Assembly: GCA_963663165.1 (NCBI GenBank)
Contig: OY760175.1
Coordinates: 896,001 to 960,000 of the forward strand
Length of the DNA stretch: 64,000 bases
Origin: an uncultured Desulfospira sp.
GTDB taxonomy: Bacteria > Desulfobacterota > Desulfobacteria > Desulfobacterales > Desulfobacteraceae
Reading direction: 5' to 3'
Position numbers and translations under genes: made by a program. Shown here piece by piece: positions 10,404-19,991 of this stretch (the first letter of the stretch is position 1; every line of letters starts with the position of its first letter). The notes under the pieces are model-generated. The model saw nothing but the letters and a program-made list of their open reading frames with translations, ran no database searches and had not been told where the DNA came from.

Positions 10404-10628
10404 ATGAGAGTAACCAATACATCAATATTTGATTTAAGCCCACCAGAAAAATTGCAGTTGGTACAGGATTTATGGGATGATCTGGCTAACACTGCATCTG
10501 ATGTCCCCATTCATGAATGGCAAAAACAAGAATTGGCCAAGAGAAAGGCTAACTTAATGACCAATCCGGCTTCTGGGCTATCATGGAACGAGGTAAAGCA
10601 AAAAGTTCGAAGTCCATATGGACGCTGA
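10404..10628 (+). CDS. Addiction-module antitoxin (TIGR02574-like)
   Basis: LSPPEKLQLVQDLWDDL...WQKQEL.KR...SWNEVK; overlaps the toxin start. Confidence 0.85.
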   Translation: MRVTNTSIFDLSPPEKLQLVQDLWDDLANTASDVPIHEWQKQELAKRKANLMTNPASGLSWNEVKQKVRSPYGR

Positions 10629-10918
10629 ACTCGTCATAGCACCTGAGGCTCTTCAAGATGTTCATGAAGCCTATAACTGGTATGAAAACAGAAGGACTGG
10701 CCTGGGTGAAGATTTTTTGAGTTGTGTGGATGCCTGTATCCAAAAAAATATGCCGGGCACCTGAATTATATATGAAGGTTCATGAGAACTATCGACGGGC
10801 ACTGGTGAGGCGCTTCCCATATGCTGTATTCTTTGAATTTGCAAATAAAAAGGTGATTGTTTACAGTATATTCCATATTTCTCAAAATCCAGGAAAATGG
10901 AAATTCCGCTTAACTTGA
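10618..10918 (+). pseudogene. RelE/ParE toxin, frameshifted
   Basis: MDAELVIAPEALQDVHEAYNWYE..GLGEDF continues as YRRALVRRFPYAVF only after a shift in the A7 run at 10742-10748. Confidence 0.85.
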
Positions 10919-11050
10919 TCAAGATTGTACAATCATAGAAAAACAAGCTCTTGAATTTCTTATTTATCCCGAGGAAAGACTTTTAAATACTTCATAACAA
11001 AAACATGCTGCGGGCAAGCCACAGATGTTTTTGTTAATCCTGACGGGAGA

Positions 11051-11185
11051 CCGGATGTGGACCAGGTGCATGTGGACCAGGAAAATAAAATCGTTACCAC
11101 GCCGGCTTATATGCTGGGACCTGGAATCAAAGACGCGGCCAAAGGAATTGAAAAACTGGTTCTGAAAATAATTGAAATGGCATGA
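11051..11185 (+). pseudogene. elbB: 3' remnant of an ElbB/ES1-family glyoxalase gene
   Basis: Translates to VHVDQENKIVTTPAYML..IKDAAKGIEKLV..IIEMA*; no start codon. Confidence 0.75.
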
Positions 11186-11588
11186 TAAAATTCATGTTTG
11201 GCCGTGTGTCTGTGACAGTCTTTGTTCGTCCGTGTTTTTTGCAGGAGAGGCTATTCTCGCGAAGCCATCGTGGGCATGGCCCACTCCTTCCCAAAATCGA
11301 AATTCATCCCAAGATCGATTTGATAGCGTTCCCTATAGCGATAGCGAGTTCGGTAGGGTAGGTACACTTTATTATAAATGCGGGTTACCCTGACTCTGTG
11401 GATGGGCACCCTTGACAAATAAAATAAAGCCTGATTAAAAAGGATGTTATTAAAATTCATTTTACCCCGCTGCAGCTGAAAACAGAAATCATAAACGGCA
11501 CTCAAGATTAGAGAATTCCAGAGAAGATCTGCCAAAAATCCTTTTGGCAGGGTCGATCTGTTTTTACTTTAAAGGAGGGGAAAGCATC

Positions 11589-13385
11589 ATGGGAATCAAG
11601 AGGATTGCAACATGGCTGTTCATAACGGCCTGGGTACTGACGGTCATGGCCACACCAGGTTTTGGACTTATGTCTGAGCAGATCAATTACCAGGGCAAGC
11701 TAACGGATCCATCAGGAATGCCTGTTCTTGATGACACTTACATCATCACCTTTTCCATCTACAACTCGGATACGGCCACCATCCCGCTTTGGCATGAGGC
11801 TTCGGTCGCCGTACCGGTCGTCAATGGAATCTTCAATGTCAAACTGCCCCATGACCCCGGCAGTTCCCCCTTCCCGGCAGGCCTGTTTGACAACGAACTG
11901 TTTTTGGGCGTTAAGGTAGGAGCGGATGATGAGATGGTGCCCCGGCAACTTCTCACCTCAGTTCCCTTTGCCTTTAAAGCCGCTGATTCACAAATGCTTG
12001 AGGGCCGTTTGGCTGACGAGTTTGCCGGTGCCGAACACACCCACGATTTTGCTGATATAAACGGATCGGTCAGCGACGACCAGGTTCCGGATACCATTAC
12101 CGTCAATCATGCTGCCCAGGCAGACCTTGCAGAAAATGCAGACCTGCTGGACGGTCAGCCTGCAAGTTTTTTTGCCGCTGCCACCCACGAACACACCTTT
12201 GCTCAAATCCTTGGCGAGATCGGCGACGGCCAGGTCCCCAACAACATCACCGTTGAGTATGCCTCAAATACTGGGAATGCAGATATGGTGGATGGTCAGC
12301 ACGCCAGTGCGTTCATGGCCGCAGGCACTGACAACTGGGTTAACACCACCGGAGACACCATGACTGGCCGCCTGGAGGTAACGCGGATACTGCTTAACGG
12401 ATGGGGAGAGTCTATCAAAGGCATTCTCAATACCGGAGACACCGGGGCCGGTGTATATGGCATGAGCAATGGTCCCAATTCCTATGGCGTGGCCGGCGGT
12501 GCCACCGGGGCCAATGGCGCCGGTGTATACGGTGAGACCACCGGGACCAGCGGCATCGGTGTAAAAGGAACCGCCTTTGGTGCCGACGGGATCGGTGTTT
12601 ACGGCGAGGGACAGCAATGGGCCGGCTACTTTAACGGCGACCTGTTTGCTGGCGGAACGGTGGGGATCGGCACGACCAATCCAACGGAAACCAAACTTCA
12701 TGTGGCCGGTAATTTAAAAGTGACCGGAGATGACGGCTGGAGCACCACCGGTGACGAGGCCGTCATCGGTCTGGGCAATTATATCGGACACTTTTTCATC
12801 AAGGCGGTTTTCGGGGATGGCCTCCGGCTTGGCGCTTACGCCACCACCGATGCTTTTGTGCTCAAGCAGATCTCCGGCAATGTCGGTATTGGAACGGCAA
12901 GTCCTGCCAGCAAGCTGGATGTAAACGGCACCACCACCACAAAAGTCCTGGTCATTACCGGCGGTGCAGATTTATCCGAAAGTTTTGACGTATCTCCTAC
13001 CGGCAGAGAAATCCGGCCAGGCGCGGTGGTCAGCATTAACCCGGATCAAACCGGCGGGCTCATGGTCAGTCAGGAGGCCTATGACCATAAAGTGGCCGGC
13101 ATCATCAGCGGCGCCGGTGATGTAAAACCCGGTCTTCACATGGGCCAGAAAGGCACCCGGGCCGACGGAGAATACCCCGTGGCGCTTACCGGCAGGGTCT
13201 ACTGCTGGGCAGATGCCTCCCGGGATCCGATCCGGCCAGGCGATTTATTGACCACATCAGACACTCCGGGCCATGTCATGCGCGTGACAGACTATGCAAA
13301 AGCTCAGGGGGCCACACTTGGCAAGGCCATGAGTTCCCTGGAACAAGGCCAGGGGCTGGTGCTCGTGCTGGTGGGACTGCAGTAA
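11589..13385 (+). CDS. Secreted tail-fibre-like protein
   Basis: Signal peptide; INYQGKLTD; HxH and AD.LDG repeats; GxxG-rich beta repeats; VGIGT repeats; C-terminal GADLSE..VAGIISG chaperone-like domain. Confidence 0.75.
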   Translation: MGIKRIATWLFITAWVLTVMATPGFGLMSEQINYQGKLTDPSGMPVLDDTYIITFSIYNSDTATIPLWHEASVAVPVVNGIFNVKLPHDPGSSPFPAGLFDNELFLGVKVGADDEMVPRQLLTSVPFAFKAADSQMLEGRLADEFAGAEHTHDFADINGSVSDDQVPDTITVNHAAQADLAENADLLDGQPASFFAAATHEHTFAQILGEIGDGQVPNNITVEYASNTGNADMVDGQHASAFMAAGTDNWVNTTGDTMTGRLEVTRILLNGWGESIKGILNTGDTGAGVYGMSNGPNSYGVAGGATGANGAGVYGETTGTSGIGVKGTAFGADGIGVYGEGQQWAGYFNGDLFAGGTVGIGTTNPTETKLHVAGNLKVTGDDGWSTTGDEAVIGLGNYIGHFFIKAVFGDGLRLGAYATTDAFVLKQISGNVGIGTASPASKLDVNGTTTTKVLVITGGADLSESFDVSPTGREIRPGAVVSINPDQTGGLMVSQEAYDHKVAGIISGAGDVKPGLHMGQKGTRADGEYPVALTGRVYCWADASRDPIRPGDLLTTSDTPGHVMRVTDYAKAQGATLGKAMSSLEQGQGLVLVLVGLQ

Positions 13386-13439
13386 GAGGCATGAGCCGAA
13401 AGGACTTTAAGTCAGGTAACATCAACGAAGGAGTCTTTC

Positions 13440-15038
13440 ATGCAATCAAGACTAACAATATATCGACTTTTTGGCTGGATCATGGCCATACCGGCTCTTT
13501 TCTGGATAAGCGGCAGTTCCGCCTGGGGACAGGCACCTTTCATGGACAATGCCGTCAAGCCCCTCCGGGTGAAGGCTGTTGCCCAGCCGGCCCCCCGGTC
13601 GCTGGAAAAGACAGAGCTTTTTGACCAGACCAACCTGGTGGAAACCCCTCGGCTGAACGTTCAGCAATTGCTTGCTGAAGATGCCGGACGAACGCGCCTG
13701 GGCCCGCTTCGGATTGGCGTAACCCAGCAATTTTCACCAGTATCCACCCGGGAAAACGGCAAATGGACAACCCTGCCCGATGGCGGACAAATATGGACCG
13801 CCTGGTTCAGGGCACCGGGAGCCCTTTCCATACGGCTTCGACTGACGCCCTGGCCTCCTGCAGCAGGGGCTCAGCTTATCATTTACAATTCTGAAGATGG
13901 AACCCAAGTCAGACAGATGGATGCTGCCCGCGCCGGCAGAACATCCGGCGAGTTCTGGACACCGCCGGTTTTCAACGATGAAGTTCGCCTGGAGTACTAC
14001 CTTCCCGACGGCATTGATCCTGGCTCAACCAATACTTTTTTCTCTGTCGACGCCATCTCCAACCAGTACCGCCCCATGCCCGGTACGGCGTCCACAGATG
14101 ATCTTCAACCGGTCGAACTGGACTGCCATCTGAATATCAGCTGCTACACAGAATGGCAGACCCAGGCAGACGGCGTTGGTGCGCTGACCTATATATCGAG
14201 TCCGGAAGAAGGCCAGTTTTTCTGCTCAGGGGCCATGTACAACCGAGTGCCCCAGGATTTCACATCACTGTTTGCCACGGCCCGGCACTGCGGCGGCAGC
14301 GATGGCTGGAGCCAGTCCGAGGCTGAGTCCGCAATTGTATTCTGGTTTTACCAGACACCTTCTTGCAACGGCACGCCTCCTGACCCGTCAACGCTGCCGA
14401 GCACCAGTGGTGTAGCTGTGCTCGCGGTCGACTCAAACACCGACTACACCTTGCTTGGTCTTGAATCAGATGTTCCCGGAGGCGTCGAATACGAGGGTTG
14501 GGATGCCGGCTACTGGGCCGACAACGAACCTGCAACGGGCATTCACCACCCTCGGGGAACGCACCGTCGGATTACCTTTGGAACCAAAACTGACGATGTT
14601 ACCAGCTGCATCCCGGCCCAGGCATGGCGGGTTTACATTGCCGATGGAGACGGAGAAATCGAACCCGGTTCCTCCGGATCACCAATTTTCGATTCAGGCC
14701 ATCGCGTCCGGGGTGTCGCCAGTTGCGCCAGCTGGAGTTGCACCAGCGACGATACTACCGATTACGGGCGTTTTGACACCGCATTTTCCGTGCTTGAACC
14801 GTTTATTTACAGGAATGATGAAGTGGAATGGGATGCCTATATCAATGAGTCTTATACCGGCACAGAAAAAGGAACCATGTCCCAGCCTTTTAACACTGTC
14901 TTAGAAGGCATTTTTGCCGTACGCAAAAGCACGGACTATTCGGTTTACATTGAGGGGGGCAGTTATGACGAAAGTCTGGTTATCGACACACCCATGACGT
15001 TGAGGGGCCGGAACGGTATTGTCAGCATCGGCCGGTGA
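13440..15038 (+). CDS. Secreted trypsin-like serine protease (lysyl endopeptidase-like)
   Basis: CSG, TARHC (His), DYTLL (Asp), GIHHP.G and GSSGSP (Ser); signal peptide and propeptide. Confidence 0.85.
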   Translation: MQSRLTIYRLFGWIMAIPALFWISGSSAWGQAPFMDNAVKPLRVKAVAQPAPRSLEKTELFDQTNLVETPRLNVQQLLAEDAGRTRLGPLRIGVTQQFSPVSTRENGKWTTLPDGGQIWTAWFRAPGALSIRLRLTPWPPAAGAQLIIYNSEDGTQVRQMDAARAGRTSGEFWTPPVFNDEVRLEYYLPDGIDPGSTNTFFSVDAISNQYRPMPGTASTDDLQPVELDCHLNISCYTEWQTQADGVGALTYISSPEEGQFFCSGAMYNRVPQDFTSLFATARHCGGSDGWSQSEAESAIVFWFYQTPSCNGTPPDPSTLPSTSGVAVLAVDSNTDYTLLGLESDVPGGVEYEGWDAGYWADNEPATGIHHPRGTHRRITFGTKTDDVTSCIPAQAWRVYIADGDGEIEPGSSGSPIFDSGHRVRGVASCASWSCTSDDTTDYGRFDTAFSVLEPFIYRNDEVEWDAYINESYTGTEKGTMSQPFNTVLEGIFAVRKSTDYSVYIEGGSYDESLVIDTPMTLRGRNGIVSIGR

Positions 15039-15079
15039 TCCGACTTATCAAAAAAATACGGGCGCCTTCCTGACGATTG

Positions 15080-15434
15080 ATGGGAGCAACCGCCTATCTG
15101 CTCAAAAATGCCGCGATGAAAAAACGGCTGCTTGATGCTAAAAACCGCACGGAAGGAATACCTTTTGATAAAGCCTGCCAGGATCTTGGAGTTTGATGCC
15201 AACGGATTTGAGGACCTTGCCTGGTGGATCGAAAAGGACAGAAAAAAGGCCCAAAAAATCGTTAAACTCATCAAGGAAGTCCAACGCCAACCGTTTGAGG
15301 GGACGGGCAAGCCCGAACCCCTCAAACACGAACTGTCTGGATGCTGGTCACGACGGATTGGCCGGGAACACCGGCTGGTCTAACTGGTCTTTGATGAAAA
15401 AATCAGGATATTGGCTTGTAGATATCATTATTAG
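15080..15434 (+). pseudogene. Antitoxin remnant plus Txe/YoeB toxin with a nonsense codon
   Basis: ATAYLL...KRLLDA..EGIPF remnant overlaps LEFD..FEDL.WW...GKPEPLKH.LSGCWSRRI..EHRLV*, which continues in frame to ACRYHY*. Confidence 0.85.
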
Positions 15435-15452
15435 CTGAACTCTTGTTTAGCT

Positions 15453-15582
15453 GTCAAGCTTGACCTTGGTTGGTTTCTTAAAACGCCTTTTTTGCCCTCA
15501 AAAACATCAATATAGGCCCCCAAAAGGGGATATTTTTAAGGCTAACTGATTGATTATAAATCATTTTGCTTGGTCCGACCCC
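15453..15582. repeat. ~130 bp element ending GGTCCGACCCC
   Basis: Similar to 16997-17116, which ends GGCCCGACCCC. Confidence 0.5.
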
Positions 15583-15615
15583 GACTCAACGACTCACTTG
15601 CTCATGGCCCGACTC

Positions 15616-15940
15616 ATGACTCAACTTCAATAGACGCACTTTGACCGCTTTCGGCTTCCTGGCCGTTTACACTGCGCAGACTTGCCGCTGCATAGGTGTA
15701 GGTGCCTTCCTGGTCCGGCTAGTCTGTATATTGTGTGGTGTCAAGGGTGGTTTAAAGGGGAAAGTTGAACTTGCCCGGGAGCCATCCGGTACTCCACATA
15801 TCCTGCGGCAGAATCCACGGCATTCCATGTAAGGCTGATCTTTCCTGCCGGCATACTGACTCCGGCAAGGCCTGCGGGCGCTTCCAAGGGGGGCAGATCC
15901 CCCTGGTAAATCTGGAAGGCATTGTCATCACTGGCCTTGT
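15616..15940 (-). pseudogene. Fibronectin type III fragment of a large surface protein
   Basis: APAGL..ISLTWNAV..A.GY and YTD*..GTYTY; interrupted by a stop and a frameshift. Confidence 0.6.
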
Positions 15941-16030
15941 TTGAAAAAAACTTGCCCAACTTGAAAAATAAAGGCACACTAAAAAATATGATCAAAAATA
16001 GCCTGATTGTAATAAAATAATGGAGTGACT

Positions 16031-16177
16031 ATGGTATTAGCTGACAGGGCGTTGATGCAGACCATCAAGGAGATAGACAACCTGACCGAAGAGGACCGAA
16101 CCACGACAAAAGAGGTATTAAATACATTTATTATTAAACACCGTTTCCAGCGTTTGGCGTCCCAAACAGGCCTGTAG
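16031..16177 (+). pseudogene. Probable C-terminal remnant of an XRE-type regulator
   Basis: DRALM..IKEIDNL.EEDR..KEVL.TFIIKH; no HTH portion. Confidence 0.4.
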
Positions 16178-16182
16178 CATTT

Positions 16183-16500
16183 ATGGAACATGACATATTG
16201 AACCGCATACAGAAAAGTGCGGAAAAACAAATACTGTTTCTTCCCCATGCTGTACGCCAGATGTCAAGGCCGGACAGGATGATAAGCACCAGGGATATCC
16301 GTTACGTGATCGAAAACGGTGAGGTCATAGAAGATTATCCGGAAGATGTCCGGGGCCACAGTTGCCTTGTCCTGGGCTGCCCTGATCATGCGATCCATGT
16401 TGTTTGTTCTCCCAAACCGGACTATCTTGCCATTATAACCGCTTACCTGCCCGACGAACAGGAGTGGGAGAACGATTTTAAAACAAGGAGAAAAACATGA
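16183..16500 (+). CDS. DUF4258 domain protein (putative toxin)
   Basis: HAVRQM...GEVIEDYPED.RGHSCLVLG..IHVVC..IITAY.PD..W. Confidence 0.85.
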   Translation: MEHDILNRIQKSAEKQILFLPHAVRQMSRPDRMISTRDIRYVIENGEVIEDYPEDVRGHSCLVLGCPDHAIHVVCSPKPDYLAIITAYLPDEQEWENDFKTRRKT

Positions 16501-16709
16501 AGTGCATGCATTGCCAGGGAACAATGATCAAAGGCACGGCACCTTTTCATATTGATCAAAAGGGCTACTACTTAACTTTGGAAAAAGTGCCGGCCTGGGT
16601 GTGCCAACAATGCGCAGAGGTCTATTTTGATGAACAGGAAGTAGACGCTATCCAGGAAATTATTAAAACACTGAGAGACCGGACAGATAAGCTTATGGCT
16701 GTGGCATAG
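16497..16709 (+). CDS. YgiT-type zinc finger protein (MqsA N-terminal-like)
   Basis: MKCMHC...VPAWVCQQC.E; ATGA overlap with DUF4258. Confidence 0.85.
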   Translation: MKCMHCQGTMIKGTAPFHIDQKGYYLTLEKVPAWVCQQCAEVYFDEQEVDAIQEIIKTLRDRTDKLMAVA

Positions 16710-17338
16710 CAATTTGCTTTGGGGAATAGAAAGTCCAAATGTCAAGCCTGCCCCCCCACTTTTTAAATCTTTTAGCGGGGTAGTTTAAACCAAATAATCT
16801 TGGACGGGTGAGTCTAATTATTCTAAGGCTTAGCAAATAGCCGCATCTATCATATCCAAGTCTGTGCATAATGCTATAATCAAGGTTTAGCCCCTTTTCT
16901 GGAAGGTAATCACCAGGATCAGGGGGACTTGCGCCAGGGGTTGGCCGTTGCTGCGGTCCACGGCCCGGCCAATGATCTCTATATTCTATAAAAAATAAGG
17001 TCAGAGTAAAATTAAACCCATGTTTTCGGCCCCCGAAAGAGTCGATTAAGGCCGTTTTAGGGGCATATTTTTAGCTCTTTTATAGATATTACAATGGGTT
17101 GCTGTGGCCCGACCCCAAACCTACCAACAACCAAACCCAAATCACGCCATGACCATTCAAACATTCGATAGTGTTGAATCCGCAAAAAAGTGGCTCAGAA
17201 AGTGAGGCCATTGCCGCTTTGTTTATTTTTCACACCTTGAATGATGTTTGCAGCCCTATTCCATATATGATAATTAAGCCCATGGTCAAAATGAAGCCGC
17301 CCACAGGGTTTGCCTTTTCATATTAAGGAATAACCATC

Positions 17339-19696
17339 ATGTACGTTAACTTGCTAAAACAGGCTTTTATATTAATCTTTATGTGCTGCTTTCTGACCGG
17401 ATGTGCAAACCAACCGGAAACCGAGGCTGAAAAATTCATCAAAAGCGCCAGGTCTTACATTTCCCAACAAAAACCGGATGAGGCGGTGATTGAATACAAA
17501 AACGCCATAAAGGCTGATCCCGGCAATGGTAACGCCCTGTTTGAACTTGCCGAAACCTATATCCTACTGAAAAGGGTTAACCTTGCCGTCAAGTATTATC
17601 AACTGGCAGCCCGGGCAGAACCCGGCACCCTGACGGCACATCTGAGGCTTGGGCAGATCTATCTTCAGAAAGGACAGCTTATGGAAGCAAGGCAGGAGGC
17701 CATTCACGCCCTTAAAATCTCTCCTGACGCCATTGACGGCCTTCATCTTCTGGCAGATCTTCAGGTTAAAGAAAAGGATATTGAATCCGCCATTAAAACC
17801 CTGAAAACAGCATCAACCATTGACGATAAAAATGTCAAAACCTTTACCGGTCTTGCGCTGCTTTACCTTAAAAACCGGCAGTTAACCAAGGCCGAAGAGG
17901 CCTTTCAAAAGGCCATTGCCGTTGATCCGGCCTCAAGAGATGCCTATATGGGGCTGGCAAGGCTTTACGCCTTTCAAGGCAGGAATGACAAAATTGAGGC
18001 CCTGTTGAAAACAGTCCTTGAAACACCCGGCATAACATCCCAAAAGCATGTGGATCTTGCCTGGTTTTATGAGGGCCAAAAAAATTTCCCCCTTGCTGAA
18101 GAACACTATCTAAAAGCCATTCCGGCATCTGATGAAGCCGTGCGCCCCCTTATCGATCTTGCAAAATACTATGCACGGCGGGAAATGAAGGACAAGGCTG
18201 TTGATACCATGCAAAAGGCCCTTTCAAAACATAAAGAATCCGTGGTTGTGCTCACGGAGTTGTCATGGATTTACCTTAATTTCTCGATGGTGGACAAAGC
18301 ATTTGAAACCGTGAATCAGGCATTGGCCGGGAATCCTTCTGATGTTGACGCCCTTTTACAAAAGGGCCGGGTATTGATGGCCCGAAATGATGTTGAACAC
18401 GCCCTGAAAATTTTTGACAGGGTCATCGGCCAGGACAGGCTCAATGCAAAAGCATACTACTACCGCGCCATCTGTATTGAAACCGGGGGGGCAACAGACC
18501 TGTCGGCACAAGAAATTTTCAGGTCGGCCGCAGGCCTGGCCGACAACCCGGCGGAATTTGAAAAAGTCCAGGTAACGGACAACCTTCTTGCCGCCGCAGC
18601 AATCGACCCGGATTTCACGGATGCCAGGATCAAATTGGCCCAGATCTACCTTTCTGAAAAAAATATAAAAAAGACAAAAGAACAGCTTGAAGAGATCTTC
18701 AAACGCCGGGCACCGAATTTAAAAACCCTGACCCTTCTATCGGGACTTCATATTCTCGAGGGGAACATGGCCCAAGCCGAAAAGATTCTTAAAACCATTG
18801 TTGAGGAAAAACCCGGCCATATCCCGGGAAAACTTCGGCTTGCCCTTTTATACAAAGCCATGGGCAATAAAGAAAAGGCCATAGCGTATTTTCAGGCAGC
18901 TTATGACCTGGACCCAAGACAGCTGGGCCTTATCCAGAAGATCACAAACATTTACCTTGAAGATAAACAATATGGCCCGGCCCTGGCTCTTTTGGATAAG
19001 GTTTCCGGCCAATTCGAACATCAGACAGATGCCAATAATGCCTTATCCTTTTTTGAAAATCTCAAGGCAGAAATCTATTTAAATAAAAAAGAGCTGGACA
19101 ACGGGGTGATTCATCTTCGCAAAGCCATTGAACTGCAACCTGAATACATAACCCCCCGCAATCTGCTGGCAAATATTCTGGCCATGGACAAGGACAAATC
19201 AAAAGCATTGGAACAGTTCAGGGCCATTGAAAAGCTGAACCCGGATTTTATCCCCGCGCTCATGGGCATCGGATCAATATCGGATCTTAGAGGAAACACC
19301 GGCACGGCCCAGGCCTATTACCGTAAAATTCTGGAACTTGACCCTGGCCATGCCCGGGCCGCAAACAACCTGGCATTTATCCTTTCAGAAGAAAAAGACG
19401 GCCTTGAAGAGGGATTCCGCCTGGCCGGGCTTGCAAGGAGCCGTCTTCCCAATGCACCGGATGTTCTGGATACCATGGGATGGCTTTACTTTCAAAAAGG
19501 GGTCTACCCGTCTGCCCGGGCTGAATTTGAAAAAAGCTTAAAACTGAATCCTGAAAGCGCCCTTACCTGCTATCACTATGCCATGACCTTATACCGGATG
19601 AAAGAGTTTGAAGAGGCAAGGGTCTATTTTAGAAAAGCGTTGAAAATCGATCCCGACTTCAAAGGGGCATCTATGGCAAAAAATCTCTTAAACTAG
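17339..19696 (+). CDS. TPR-repeat lipoprotein, PEP-CTERM system PrsT-like
   Basis: Lipobox LTGC; A.IEYKNAI..DP; many TPRs; AANNLA and LDTMGW; adjacent to a PEP-CTERM gene. Confidence 0.8.
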   Translation: MYVNLLKQAFILIFMCCFLTGCANQPETEAEKFIKSARSYISQQKPDEAVIEYKNAIKADPGNGNALFELAETYILLKRVNLAVKYYQLAARAEPGTLTAHLRLGQIYLQKGQLMEARQEAIHALKISPDAIDGLHLLADLQVKEKDIESAIKTLKTASTIDDKNVKTFTGLALLYLKNRQLTKAEEAFQKAIAVDPASRDAYMGLARLYAFQGRNDKIEALLKTVLETPGITSQKHVDLAWFYEGQKNFPLAEEHYLKAIPASDEAVRPLIDLAKYYARREMKDKAVDTMQKALSKHKESVVVLTELSWIYLNFSMVDKAFETVNQALAGNPSDVDALLQKGRVLMARNDVEHALKIFDRVIGQDRLNAKAYYYRAICIETGGATDLSAQEIFRSAAGLADNPAEFEKVQVTDNLLAAAAIDPDFTDARIKLAQIYLSEKNIKKTKEQLEEIFKRRAPNLKTLTLLSGLHILEGNMAQAEKILKTIVEEKPGHIPGKLRLALLYKAMGNKEKAIAYFQAAYDLDPRQLGLIQKITNIYLEDKQYGPALALLDKVSGQFEHQTDANNALSFFENLKAEIYLNKKELDNGVIHLRKAIELQPEYITPRNLLANILAMDKDKSKALEQFRAIEKLNPDFIPALMGIGSISDLRGNTGTAQAYYRKILELDPGHARAANNLAFILSEEKDGLEEGFRLAGLARSRLPNAPDVLDTMGWLYFQKGVYPSARAEFEKSLKLNPESALTCYHYAMTLYRMKEFEEARVYFRKALKIDPDFKGASMAKNLLN

Positions 19697-19861
19697 GTAT
19701 TTTTCTTCCCAACTTTATGTAAAAATTTACCCAAATACAGCCTATCCCCGGTTTAGATAAACACACCGCCTGGCACCCATCATCTTCACATCAGTGATGA
19801 AATCCATATTATTTTGAACAGTTATACAAAAAAAACAATATTAGTGATCTTTTTGAAGAAC

Positions 19862-19877
19862 TGGCATTAAATTTGCA
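19862..19877 (+). promoter_or_regulatory. Sigma-54 promoter
   Basis: TGGCATTAAATTTGCA (GG-N10-GC) upstream of the PEP-CTERM gene; TGTAAAAATTTAC enhancer-like site near 19718. Confidence 0.75.
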
Positions 19878-19991
19878 TGTATTATATGTGGTTTATTCGA
19901 TTCAGCTGATTTGCTAAACAGATTGCGACAGACAATGGGCAGACAACAGCTTTTTAATGGCGTGGACAAAATGAAACAGGCGGCAGCGGTT

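Noticed and set aside
11589..13385. Prophage
   Set aside because: The protein has a signal peptide and there are no capsid, terminase or integrase genes in the window.
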